This document shows positions 39,710-52,745 of a DNA stretch of 64,000 nucleotides, in pieces (position 1 is the stretch's first letter; each line of letters starts with the position of its first letter). Source of the DNA: Octopus bimaculoides. Lineage: Eukaryota. The DNA is taken from positions 11,075,495 to 11,139,494 of the forward strand of contig NC_069005.1 of NCBI RefSeq assembly GCF_001194135.2. Direction: 5' to 3'. Under the pieces are notes generated by a model. That model saw nothing but the letters and a program-made list of their open reading frames with translations. It had not been told where the DNA came from and searched no databases. A program made the translations under genes and the position numbers.

Positions 39710-39759
39710 GTAGGAACGGTTTTACTGTCTCTTGATCCACCACCACTTTCACTGTCATC

Positions 39760-40120
39760 TCACTTAATCTGCCTCCATCACCAACACTTGTATCTTTTAA
39801 TCAAGCACCACCACTACTCATTCAGCACCAGCACCACTCCTCGCATCTCTTAATCCAGCACCACCACCACCACCACTCATATCTTTTAATCAAGCACCAC
39901 TCCTCGCATCTCTTAATCCAGCACCACCACCACCACTCATCTTTTAATCAAGCACCACCACTCGCATCTCTTAATCCGGCACCACCACTCGCATCTCTTA
40001 ATCCGGCACCACCACTCGCATCTCTTAATCCGGCACCACCGCTCGCACCTCTTAATCCGGCACCACCCCTCGCATCTCTTAATCCAGCACCACCGCTCGC
40101 ATCTCTTAATCCGGCACTAC
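39760..40120. repeat. 27-bp minisatellite (ctcgcatctcttaatccggcaccacca), about 6 homogeneous units at 39961-40120 preceded by degenerate longer units
   Basis: Direct inspection; unit starts at 39961, 39988, 40015. Confidence 0.9.
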
Positions 40121-40731
40121 TCATATTTCTCGATCCAGCAGCACTTCCACATTTCTTTTGTTTTTTAAATATTTTCATCTGAAGCAGTTTTTAATGAATT
40201 GGGTTGAGTCAATGGCATTCTCAACATGTGAGTGCAAATGAGCTGAGACAGGTATGGGTGGGTTGGAAACTAGATGTAAGAATCAGATCTTGTCTATAAG
40301 AAGACTACACTGGTACAGGCATTACATGCATATGCATAGAGGATGTCAATCCCATGAAGTGTTGAATACTCAAAGTAGATGGAACCTGTTGTCATGACGA
40401 TAACCTGAGATGAAGTGTTGAAGGTTGATCTCTAGATTTTTGAACTTCATAAAAGAATTGACAAAGAACTGCAATGAGTGGTGACATGTTGAAGACTCCT
40501 CCACTTGTGCAAGCGTAGCAGTATGGATGTTGAAGTGATGGTGGTGGTGGTAGAAGTTGGGATGTTGCTCATTGTGTTCCATTTATCTGAATTTACTGCT
40601 CTTCTCAATCACAAGTTCTGGGTTGAGTCTCTTTGAATAGCACCTTGAGCAAGTGTCTTCTACTGTAGCGCCAAGCCAACTAAGTCCCTGTCACTGGATT
40701 TGGTAGATAGAAACTGAAAGAAAAGGGAAGA

Positions 40732-40967
40732 GGTGGCGAGCTGGCAGAAACATTAGCACGCCGGGCGAAATGCTTAGCAGTATTTCGTCTGCCGCTACGT
40801 TCTGAGTTCAAATTCCGCCAAGGTCGACTTAGCCTTTCATCCTTTCGGGGTTGATTAAATAAGTACCAATTACGCTCTGGGTTCGATGTAATCGACTTAA
40901 TCCCTTTGTCTGTCCTTGTTTGTCCCCTCTATGTTTAGCCCCTTGTGGGCAATAAAGAAATAAGAAA
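40732..40967 (+). mobile_element. Young Deu/Nin-domain SINE copy inserted into a 3493-type SINE
   Basis: Near-identical to 57741-57954; host SINE sequence lies on both sides. Confidence 0.85.
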
Positions 40968-41566
40968 CTAAAAAAAAAACCATTGTGTGTCTGTGTCCCC
41001 CTCCTTGTCACACAGTGTTATGGCTATAAATGAGTAAAGGCGAAGTTACCTTCTTCAGTCATGTTGACTCTTAAGGGCTGGTTTCCATGGTGTATAAAGT
41101 CTCCACCTGGATATGACACTGGTCTGTCACTGGATTACTCATTTTTGCCAACCAAGTGGACTGGAGCAACATGAAATGAAGTATTTTGCTCCCAGGAATT
41201 GAGACTACGATCATGAGTCCAATACCTTAACCACTAAGCCATGCACTTTCACAAATGAGTGTGACTGTAATAAAGGTAGTGTCATTCATTTCCAATATTC
41301 TGCTAAAACATGTCTCGCCATGGGGGAAATATTACCTTGCTTGGAAACAGGTGAGGGTTTGTGACAGGAATGTCACCCAGCTGTAGAAAATCTGCCTCAA
41401 TAAAACTCTGAGCCATGCAGTCGTGGGTCATCTATGATTGCATGATAACAATGATGATGACAGTGCTTTTTTTAACATGGCACCTTGGGCAAGTGTCTTC
41501 TATGACCTCTGTCCGACCAAAGCCTTGTGAGTGGATTTAGTAGACAGAAACTGAAAGAAGCCTGTC

Positions 41567-41608
<42 letters not shown>

Positions 41609-42019
41609 NNNNNNNNNNNNNNNNNNNNNNNNNNNNNNNNNNNNNNNNNNNNNNNNNNNNNNNNNNNNNNNNNNNNNNNNNNNNNNNNNNNNNNNNNNNN
41701 NNNNNNNNNNNNNNNNNNNNNNNNNNNNNNNNNNNNNNNNNNNNNNNNNNNNNNNNNNNNNNNNNNNNNNNNNNNNNNNNNNNNNNNNNNNNNNNNNTGT
41801 ATCTAGATTTGAAAAACTTGTAATTGTTTAAAATTAATTTATTTACATATATATCAAACTAGTTTCAACAATATTTTTTGTTCATCAATGGTAAAAATTT
41901 AGAATTATGAATTTTAAATTTATTTTAAACAATTATAAGTTTTTCAAATTTAAGTGCATCTTCAACAACAAATTTGCCTATATTTTTTCCTGTGTGGAAA
42001 TACACTCCCCTCCTCTTGT

Positions 42020-42058
<39 letters not shown>

Positions 42059-42320
42059 ACATCCCCATAACTTAGCATTTTGGCAAAAGAGACCAATAGA
42101 ATAAGTACTAGGCTTACAAAGAATAAATTCTGGGGTCAGTTTGTTTGACTAAAGGCAGTGCTCCAGCATGGCTGTAGTTAAATGACTGAAACAAGTAAAA
42201 GAAAAGAATATAAGATTCCTGTAGATGCATTTGCCCAGTTATAATAATTTTTGCAGTCTAACTATTTTTTTAATCTGTATTAAACTGCTCTCATCTGGGA
42301 TTTCTTTTTTATTGTTTCAG

Positions 42321-42510
42321 AATCCTAGTCCCTCTCAAACTCTATCTAGCAGTCCGTGTGACCAGTCTAAGTCACTACGGGCACTTATGGGTCAAGGTAT
42401 GATGCAGAATCTCACTTCGCAACTCCTCCAGTCTGGTATTTCAAACACAGCGACCAGTGCAGCCCAGCAACAACTCTCATCAAGCTTGGCTGGACGACCA
42501 ATTGTTAAAG
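42321..42510 (+). CDS. EIF4ENIF1: 4E-T visible exon 18 (190 nt): NPSPSQ...LAGRPIVK
   Basis: Acceptor tttcag|aat, donor g|gtaaca. Confidence 0.88.
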
Positions 42511-44296
42511 GTAACACTTCAATAAATTCATTGATTCATACTCGAGAAACAGGTATTAAGAACTTCAAGTATTTACTCTTCGCTTCTATTTGGGGTTAGC
42601 TGTACCCATAATCCCTTTTACAGGGAGTCTGTGATTGGAGGAAAAGNNNNNNNNNNNNNNNNNNNNNNNNNNNNNNNNNNNNNNNNNNNNNNNNNNNNNN
42701 NNNNNNNNNNNNNNNNNNNNNNNNNNNNNNNNNNNNNNNNNNNNNNNNNNNNNNNNNNNNNNNNNNNNNNNNNNNNNNNNNNNNNNNNNNNNNNNNNNNN
42801 NNNNNNNNNNNNNNNNNNNNNNNNNNNNNNNNNNNNNNNNNNNNNNNNNNNNNNNNNNNNNNNNNNNNNNNNNNNNNNNNNNNNNNNNNNNNNNNNNNNN
42901 NNNNNNTTTTTTTTTTTTTTTTTTTTCAATATTGCTTAGGTGCCAAGTGTAGCTGTGTGGTAAAATGCTTGCTTCACAGTTATGTGGTTCTGGGTTCTGA
43001 CCTACCTTGTGGCACCTTGGGCAAGTGTCTTTTGCTGTAACCTCGGGCTGACGAAAGCCTTGTAAGTAGAGCTGGTCGACAGAAGCTGAAAGATGTCCTC
43101 TGTGTGTGTGTGTGTGCATACATTGGTTGGATGTTTGACGGGAGCTGGTGTGTCAGAGGGTTGCACCAGATTCCAATGTCAGCTTTGGCATGGTTTCTAC
43201 AATTAGATGCTCTTCTTAATGCCATCTGCTTTACAAGTTATGTCTTCTACTGTGTGCTGACTCTAGTGAGGTCACTAAGTAACTCATAAGACAAGACCTC
43301 CCTCCTCAACTGAGGGAGGAGTAGAATTGAAGGAGGTGGCTTCATTCCGGGTGGTGAGGGATAAGATGGAGTGCCTTGTAGGGGAGATATGTAGCTGTCC
43401 CAGTTGGGAAAGAAAGAGGATAGTGAAGGTGTCACGTTATCAAGTTGCAGGGAGGTGAATATAAGCGAAGTGCTATGAGTGGGTAAATAAGTTTATGGGA
43501 ATATAAAGCCCAGTGGCAGATGGATGGGGGTAGAGGGAAATGCAGTGGAGGCAGGATGAGTCATGGACATCATTTGGTAGGGAAGACAGGTAGTAAGTAT
43601 AGGACAGGCAGGTAGTGGTAGGTGACAGCAAAGATGGAAAGGACGTACAATGCCAGGGACAAAGTCGCAGGAAAGCTACTCAATGCCAGTGGATATTAAA
43701 ATGTTGTGGGCAGTGTTTTAGTGTTGGGTAATTATAGCTACCCTTTAATTGATTTCTGATTTTCAAAGCCTGGCGTTTATAATGAAATTCGTAGTTAGTC
43801 ATTGAAAAAAAAGAAAAAAGGTATAGAGAAAAAATGTTACCCAATATTCCATATGCTATTATTTATAACTTTATCTACATCAAACTCCACCATTAAAAGC
43901 AAATTATTTCGCACTTTCTCGAAGTTTCTAAATTGTGATGTAAACATACAATTCTTGTTGCTAAGAGTGAAGCTTCTAAAATGGGTAGATTTGAAGGATT
44001 GCTTTGGTACAATGGCAGAACGTCTGTCATATTTACAAATGTAGGACCAAGCCCCACAGGTTGTCTTTAACTTTACTATCCAAAGGGTTTTTAACCCAAT
44101 ATTTACACACTTGGAGTTCCACTGTTTATAATGTATAAAGAATGTTATATATGGATATTATGTATACCTGTACACATACATTATCTTTTTGTTTGGTAAG
44201 TAGAGATGTCTGTCTGGTTGTTTGTCTTTCTGTTAACTTGTTTTTATTTCATGTAATGTATATGTTCATGCATGTGTATTCATACTTATATATATG

Positions 44297-44347
<51 letters not shown>

Positions 44348-44589
44348 AAAAAGCATCCGGTTCACACTAACCTTGCCCATGCTAGTGCCATGTAAAAAGC
44401 ACTGAGTCTGCTCTGCAGAGTGGTTGGTGTTAGGGAGGGCATCCAGCTTTGGTAGCGTAGGGTAGTTTTTTACCTGGTTGGCTCCTGTCATCTGTCCTAC
44501 CCATGCATGCATGGAAGACGGATGTTAAACAATGACACACACAAACACATGAATTTACACTTCCCCCTCTGTCAACACTTGTTTCCACA

Positions 44590-44927
44590 TAGGCTCTTGC
44601 TGAGACCCCCTTTGGTCATGACTGACCATGGGATTGCACCTAGACTAGAAAGTTACCCTCCCAGGCACAAGTCCGGGCAAGGTTGTTTATGGAAGACCAG
44701 CAGTCGCCCATGCATACCAGCCTCCCCCTCTCCATGCCACTGATGTTATCCAAGGGAAAGGCAAAGGCTGATACAACTTGGCACTAGTGACGTTGCAACT
44801 CATTTCTACAGCTGAGTGAACTGGAGTGACGTGAAATAAAGTGTCTTACTCAAGAACACAACACGTGGCCCGGTCCAGGATTCGAACTCACAACCTCACG
44901 ATCGTAAGCTCAACACTTTAACCACTG
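44590..44927 (-). mobile_element. SINE with tRNA head and CORE-like segment, cut by the gap
   Basis: - strand GTTCGAATCC B box followed by ttgagtaagacactttatttcac. A degenerate relative lies at about 10710-11020. Confidence 0.65.
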
Positions 44928-45673
44928 NNNNNNNNNNNNNNNNNNNNNNNNNNNNNNNNNNNNNNNNNNNNNNNNNNNNNNNNNNNNNNNNNNNNNNNNN
45001 NNNNNNNNNNNNNNNNNNNNNNNNNNNNNNNNNNNNNNNNNNNNNNNNNNNNNNNNNNNNNNNNNNNNNNNNNNNNNNNNNNNNNNNNNNNNNNNNNNNN
45101 NNNNNNNNNNNNNNNNNNNNNNNNNNNNNNNNNNNNNNNNNNNNNNNNNNNNNNNNNNNNNNNNNNNNNNNNNNNNNNNNNNNNNNNNNNNNNNNNNNNN
45201 NNNNNNNNNNNNNNNNNNNNNNNNNNNNNNNNNNNNNNNNNNNNNNNNNNNNNNNNNNNNNNNNNNNNNNNNNNNNNNNNNNNNNNNNNNNNNNNNNNNN
45301 NNNNNNNNNNNNNNNNNNNNNNNNNNNNNNNNNNNNNNNNNNNNNNNNNNNNNNNNNNNNNNNNNNNNNNNNNNNNNNNNNNNNNNNNNNNNNNNNNNNN
45401 NNNNNNNNNNNNNNNNNNNNNNNNNNNNNNNNNNNNNNNNNNNNNNNNNNNNNNNNNNNNNNNNNNNNNNNNNNNNNNNNNNNNNNNNNNNNNNNNNNNN
45501 NNNNNNNNNNNNNNNNNNNNNNNNNNNNNNNNNNNNNNNNNNNNNNNNNNNNNNNNNNNNNNNNNNNNNNNNNNNNNNNNNNNNNNNNNNNNNNNNNNNN
45601 NNNNNNNNNNNNNNNNNNNNNNNNNNNNNNNNNNNNNNNNNNNNNNNNNNNNNNNNNNNNNNNNNNNNNNNNN

Positions 45674-45723
<50 letters not shown>

Positions 45724-46602
45724 AAAAAATACACACACACACATGAACATATACGTACACATTTTTGTATGTCCTCTGGACATGTATTTTCCTGTCTATA
45801 GGACAGCTTATATATTCATGCATAGAAATGTATATTTATAAATATATGTACAACTTTATCTTCACAACCACACATAGCTACCTGTCTGTATGCACATGCG
45901 TGCCAAATAGAATGTACTGTCCACTCTGTCGGGTGGTTTGTGTTAGGAAGGGTATCTACCCATAAAAACCATGCCAAACAGTCTTCTGCCTGGCCAGCCT
46001 CCACTCAAACTGTCCAACCCATGCCAGCATGGACAGTAGATGTTAAACAATGATGGTGACCTCTATGCATATCTGTAAATGCATAGCTATGCCAAAACCT
46101 TTATACATTCGCATGCATTCATATGTATAAATGCAGAAAAACAAGTACATATGCACATAACCTCTTCATGTCTGCTTCCTATGTGGCATGGGCTGGACAG
46201 GAGTCTTTGTCAGTGTTTTATGACCGGATGCCTTTGATAACATACTCAGAGCCATTCCTTATGCTATACACAGATACAGCGACTAAAAAAAGAAAAAAAT
46301 CAAGACAAATATGGTGTACATGTTTGTTCATTCCTTATAACTTGGGTTGTTTGACACTGTACATCTGTTTACCTGTTTGTGTTTATATGTCTATGTAGCT
46401 GTTTGCTTATTTATGTCTATATATGTCTGTTTATATATGTGTACATCTTTCTGTTCAGTTTTGACACTTTTTTTCAGTTTCTTTACCCAATGAGTGGAGC
46501 CTGGAGTTCACTATACTAACCGAAGTATCGGAGGAACACATGCTACTTGCATTAAATGTCAACATTAACATTGTTTTTGCTGTACATGACACATGATTAA
46601 CT

Positions 46603-46647
<45 letters not shown>

Positions 46648-46867
46648 TGTGTGGTTTGTCATTACTGATAAGTCTTTGCATTAGTTTAATTATCCATCCA
46701 GCTACTTTGAATATATATAACCTTTTCGCATCTAAACCAGCCATATTCAGCCAAAATATTCTGTTTTATGTTAAAACCAGTCAGGTATAGCCTCTCATAC
46801 GTATTCTCTACTGTCATTCTTAAAATAAACAATCACATCATTGAAATTTAAAAGCAATGCATGGTTA

Positions 46868-47080
46868 TACTGTTCTGTATTTTAGAGATGAGGAATTATG
46901 TACAATATTTACATGGACCGGATAGTTGTCCTCACCTTCTTACCACAACGTTTCGGGTCATGTACTCTCCAGCCTTCATCAAGTGTCCTGGTGGAATTTC
47001 AAACCCAACCCTGATGAAGGCTGGAGAGTACATGAGCCGAAACGTTGTGAGGACATGTATCCATCCAATGTAAATATTGT
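46868..47080. mobile_element. 213-bp fold-back insertion with 12-bp TSD carrying two opposed minimal hammerhead-ribozyme-like motifs (PLE terminal-repeat type)
   Basis: Direct repeat aatgcatggtta at 46856-46867 and 47081-47092; inner IR 46944-46981 / 47012-47049 (38 bp, 1 mismatch); CTGATGA-A-GGCT..AGCC-GAAACGTT at 47011-47046. Confidence 0.72.
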
Positions 47081-47492
47081 AATGCATGGTTAATTCAAAA
47101 CAATGTGAATAAGCATTATATTTAAGAGTAATCTTGATGCTAATGGGTTAAACAAAGATTTATAATTTATGGAGTACCACTAATTGGTCTTGACACAAGT
47201 GGTTTCCCATTGCCTTATCTAAAACAGTAGACTTGAACTCAGTGCCACATTCCAATGAAATATTTAATTTTGCACCACTACTGCTTCCTTGATGGTCGAT
47301 TGACTGTGCTGCTAGGACATTGGATAAAATGCACTGCAATATTTTTCCCCCAGCTCTCTGTGCTGTGTTCAAATCTGACTTCTATCAATCTTGCTTTTAA
47401 TCCTTTAAAAAAAAAGAGCACCAGCTCAGTGCTAATGCAGCCTTCTCCCTCCCCCCCCCTCTCTCTCTCTCTTCAGTTGCCACATTCTAGAT

Positions 47493-47743
47493 CAGCAGTG
47501 GTTCTCAACCAATTTTTTTTACATGTGGGCCCTACCCCTCAATTCCTATTTTGCTCAGATAGACCCTCCTAGCCATTCCTAGTCATTCAGTGTTTACGAA
47601 AGCTTATTTTTATTGCTAAATACTATAAGGAATTGTATAAAAAAAATTGTTGAAATATTTTGTGTATTGTAGAAGAATAACTAAGTTATTACATATAAAC
47701 TTTACCAGCAAAATCTTATATAGACCCTAGTTGCGAACAACTG
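47493..47743. mobile_element. hAT (Charlie-like) MITE
   Basis: TIR cagtggttctcaacc / agttgcgaacaactg; 8-bp TSD-like ttctagat / ttctagac fits the NTCTAGAN preference. A truncated relative starts at 57523. Confidence 0.75.
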
Positions 47744-49977
47744 TTCTAGACATTTCTTTGTATTAAAGGTGGGTGGGCTGAAGGGGTGTCAGTGTCTGCT
47801 AGTGACCTCTCAGGTACCCAAACTAATTAGTGGAAGCCTACTACTTGCTACTAAGTTATTTTCAATTTCAGCAGTGGCTATTTTTTTTAAATGTTTTTTT
47901 TTTTTTACTTTGTTTCATTTCATTGGACTGTGGCTGTGCTGGGGCAGGCATGGCTTTCAAAGGTCTTTTTAAAACAAACGAACCCCAGTACTCTTAAGTC
48001 TGGTACTTCTGTCTCTTTTGCCTGTTATGGGTATGTAAAGAAATCAAGTCGAGCAGTGGTGATGGGGACAAGTACAGACGTGTGTGTGTGTGTACACACT
48101 TACATGACTGACCTCCACATAGTTCCTATCTATGAAATCATGCTTTAGTTGGCTCAGGGCTATAACAGACATTTGCCCAAGGTGCTGTATCATGGCACTA
48201 AACATGAAATCATGTGCTCTGCAAAGCAAACTTATTCACTCAACTAAACCGGTGCCTATAATTCTTTACTGCTTATTACCTGGAATTTATGCACTATGCT
48301 TTGGTACCTACATAGAACCAGGTGAAGTAAGTTCTTTGATGGCTCAATAATTTTCATCACATCCATCACAAAGTAGAAAGTGGTGCTGAGATATAGATTG
48401 TTGACCTCTGAGCTAGTTGTCTTAATATAGTTTTCCTTTTCAGCCATTTGTAAACTGTTATTTGTGGTGTTTGTGGGTGAGTTTTAGCTTGAGTACTTTA
48501 TTGGAAACTGAGATGGAGCTATAGTTCTAATGTAAGAACTTTATTGAAATTAAGGAGATCATCGTCATTGCTTAACGTCTGCTTTCCATACTAGCATGGG
48601 TTGGACGATTTGACTGAAGACTGGTGAACCAGATGGCTACACCAGGTTCCAATCTGATTTGGTAGAGTTTCTACAGCTGGATACCCTTCCTAGTGCCAAC
48701 CACTCCGAGAGTGTAGTGGGTACTTTTACGTGCCACTGGCATGAGGGCCAGTCAGGCGGTACTGGCGACGGCCAAGCTCAAAATGTTGTATTTTACGTGC
48801 CACCTGCACAGGAGTCAGTCCATTGGCAACGATGGATCTGTAAATGTTCGATACATGAATATTGTGACCCAAGTGTGCAATTGATATGAGAATAGGGCAA
48901 CACTGTTCAGACTGAAGCCAACTGTTGGTATTAGGTCTTGGGCTTTAATACATTGTCCTACTCTCCTATTACATCTGAAAATATTAGACGTTTTTTGTTT
49001 TTGTTTTGGGCCCCTGTTTATTATTTTTTTCACTTTTAGTTTGATGCTATGCCTGTGTCATTTGAGCAAGTGATATTTTAGTCCCCTCCAAGTTCCTTCA
49101 GCTTTGAGTAGCCCAGTCTTGTAAAATTAGGTATCATTTGCCTCTTCATTCTTTCAACTGTAAAACAGTAAAACCCCTCAAGTCCTTGCTGTGCATTTAG
49201 TTGGCTGGCACTGCTCACAGTTTAGATTACTCATCAGTAAAGCACTTGTGATACTCTTAGTTTGGAAAGGAACTCTCTCTCCAATTATTGTTGGTTGTCT
49301 TAAGGTAGTAGTTAAAGAAATAATTTTATTAAATATAAAATCAAAACATAGCCTATCATTTGACTAACTCTGCAGTGGTACCTGGTGTTTTGTTGTCTGA
49401 GATATTTCTAAAAAATATTGTTAGTCCCAGGTCAGTCTAGACTGACTTGTCATCTAAGAATTCTAGTATTGGTCATGCTTGTTTACCTCTGGAATAGTGT
49501 ATGTAGGGCAAAAGTATGTATCCTTCCTTCTTTTAAGATTTTAGGTTGTGATTTGAGAGAGATTTGGTTGATATTCATGGCAAATTGAGTAACCACATGG
49601 AGACCTCTACAGTTCATTCCTTCGTGGGATAGGTTATGTTCTTGCATTTTATTTATTTAAAAAAAATTTTCAGCTGATTGTTCTTTACACTTTTAAGCAT
49701 TCAGGGATGATATAGGAATGGTGGTATATCTTGTCAGTTAACCAAAGTCAGTCAACCAGACAGGACACAGGGTGAAACAGATTTAAGTGTCTTGGTCAAG
49801 TAGTCTTTCATTGTAACTTTACAGCCATTATCTTTCTGGATGTTGATGTTAAGAAACAATTGAGATTTGATATTATTTTCACTCTGCCCTACCCACTGCC
49901 CTCTCCCAATTATTGTTTTTTTTTTGTTTTTTTTTTGTCATGATTTCTATTTTGTTTGTTTTGGTCCAATTCTCCAG

Positions 49978-50355
49978 GGAGCACAAGTACCACTAGTTGT
50001 CTTCGGCCTACCACTGGTGTACAATCACTGACCTCCATGAACTCTACCAAAGGAGAAAGGCCCCTCAACTATCCAAGCAGCAGTACTACCAACATGGAGT
50101 TAGCTAAAGTTCTAGATTTGCATCGTTTACAACAGCAGCAGCAGCAACAGCAACAACAACACCCATCTCAACAGCCAACTTCTCCGTTGATAAGCAATGC
50201 TGCACATGGCATTTCTCAGTCTCTGAGTGTTAACAGCTCCCCGCCATTTGGCATTCCTGTCAGCAACCGGATGCCTCTACCACGTCCACTCCCCAACATC
50301 GGAGTGCATCCAGCAGCGAATGTCTTACAGATGCAGTTTATGTTGCACGGAAGAA
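49978..50355 (+). CDS. EIF4ENIF1: 4E-T visible exon 19 (378 nt): includes polyQ LQQQQQQQQQQHP
   Basis: Acceptor ctccag|gg, donor a|gtaagt; phase 1-1. Confidence 0.87.
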
Positions 50356-50469
50356 GTAAGTAGCTACCGGGCTTCTGAAGTGTGTTCAGTACCACTGTGA
50401 CCCATCTTGTATTTCCTGCATTCTATAGTAGCATCATATTTTAGATTGTCCCATGGTAAAGTGACCTGT

Positions 50470-50790
50470 CTTATATTAGTCATGTTCTGTGGTGATGTTG
50501 CCATTGTATATTAGCCGTGTTCTATATTATGTAGACATTGTATTTCGGACGTGTTCTATATTATGTAGTCAGCCTGTATTAGGCATGTTCTATATTTTGT
50601 GGCCATTGTATATGTCATGCTCTATAGGGATGTAGTCATTTTATATTAGGCATGTTCTATATTATGTAGTCATTTTATATTAGGCATGTTCTATATTATG
50701 TAGTCATTGTATATTAGCCATGTTCTATGGTATTGTAGTCATCTTATTTACTGTGTTCTATGGTGATGTAGCCATTGTATATTAGCCAAT
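50470..50790. repeat. 34-bp AT-rich minisatellite (catgttctatattatgtagtcattttatattagg), about 9 units
   Basis: Unit starts at 50651 and 50685; flanking units are more diverged. Confidence 0.88.
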
Positions 50791-52745
50791 AGTTATGTCA
50801 TTCTTGGTGGTTAGGACTTACCTATGCATGTGACTACTGGGTCTGGCAAATTTTGTGCGAGAAACCTTCATGGTTCAACAGAGGTGGTTGCAGGGATGCA
50901 TAGGGTGCAGAAAATAAGATAGGGGCTAGCAAGATATCTCAGTCATCCACTACGTGTGTGTCTCCATCCCTGATCATCTTGACTGGGGTTGAAGATGCCA
51001 TGAACAAGAAGGTGAGGTTAATAGTGTGCAACTCTCCTTCACTTTAAACAAATCGCCATACAAGTCATCAATCACCTTCACCCAAGATGACTAGTTGGTC
51101 CTCCTTTGTTCTGACTGACAAACATTACCCATATTCTGTAGCGATGTAGCCATCTAATGTCACCTATTTTCCATAGAAGTGTGGCCCCTGCACAGTATTA
51201 GCCATTCTGCTTTTACCATTCCTCCTTATCCCTGGCAAGGTCAGCAGTTTTATTAAATCTAATATTAACATCTGGTTAAATCCTTGTTAACTTTGGGGAG
51301 ATATGTCTTCTACAAAGGTTCACCATCAAAATAAAGTTCTGTAGCCTTATTTTTGACAATTTGTACTTGGAATAAATTTTCTTGGAAAATTATTAACGAA
51401 CAACCAGTGTATTAAGGGTATGGGACTTATTGCAATTATATTGTCACTGGGCTGACTTTGATAACCGAAAGCCATGCCAGATTTTTAGGAATGACCATTT
51501 ATTATTTCCAATTCTTAACTTAAACGGGAGTTGTTTTTGTCTTTGCCTTGTTGTCTATGTCTGTAGTTTTACAGCTAATGCCCTAAGTGTATATTTAGGG
51601 TAATAAAAATTGTTCCCCCTTACATTGCCGTAAATTTGTAATCCTTTTACTGTCTGCATTCTTTTACAATACTGTGGTGACTAATCATTAATGTCATTGT
51701 CTGTTCATGAAATATAATTTGCCTCATCCTACAGTGATGGCATTTGATTTGATGTTGTGATTGTTTCTTTTTAGAACGGCATTGTATGGTAGGTGTGGGA
51801 GACTGTATTTGGCCAGTTTGAACATAGAACGGGTAGAATATTTGGGTTGCATATGGCCAGTTTAAATAGATTTTCTTTTTCTTTTGTTTTTTTCTTGGAG
51901 AGGTGGATGGGTGGTGTGGTGTCTGAGAACTAGTCTAGCTGTGAAAGTGGTTGGTATCAAAAGCATTAGACTGGAGAACAAATAAGTTGCGACATCAGAT
52001 TAAGCTGGTATTCAGCGAGTTAATCTTTTAAACTGCATTTAGTTGGACTTAAAACTCTTTTGTCATATGTAACCTGTTTATTCCCGCACAATAGACCATT
52101 CAAGACCTGTTCCCTTATTTGTTGACGTCCTCATTATCACGATCATTAGTATTTAGCATTTGGTTTTTCTATGCTAGCATGGGTTGGACAGTCTTCTCAC
52201 CATTTGTTGAGGTCTGAAGTCATTTCCTTTGTGAAGTTCGCCATTTTAAGATCATTTTCCACTACTTATGTTTGTTTGTTTTTGTTTTTTCTCTTATTTT
52301 CATTTTTAGAAACTTGTTCTTTTACAGTTTCATATATCAACTTGGTGCAAGTCACTCAAGCATAAAAGTGTGGGGGGTTTTCTTGCATCAACCTGTCAGG
52401 CAAATTAACCTGGAAGGTTGAAACTTCAGTGATCCATTTGGTCAGATAGTAATCCAGTATTTCCATCTCAGCTCCATCCCTTGGTGTCTACCACTCCTAG
52501 AATTTGGGCACAGGTACAAACTTTTACTGAACAAGGTATTCAGTGCTTCACCACTCAAAAGAAAGGAAAACCACGATGGTTTCCATGCAACAATCAGACA
52601 GTGGAACTATGCAAATTAGGTGAAAATATTTTGCTTGAAATAGGAAGTAAGGAAACTTGAATTTAATTGACCATTGCATTAATTCATGAGTTCCATGTGT
52701 GTGTCTATCTGTGTGTCTATATTGCTTGCTTTCTGTCTATTGCAG

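Noticed and set aside
39948-40178. Minus-strand ORF with AGLRDASGG repeats
   Set aside because: By-product of the 27-bp minisatellite; no splice or homology support.
40370-40582. Possible LINE endonuclease remnant (FNIH) on the - strand
   Set aside because: Similarity too weak to support without a profile search.
44590-44770. Possible HDV-like ribozyme in the structured SINE tail
   Set aside because: I could not fit P1/P1.1/P2/P3 pairings by eye; a descriptor search would be needed.
39760-50790. CRISPR-like arrays
   Set aside because: The tandem units have no unique spacers, and the context is a eukaryotic intron.
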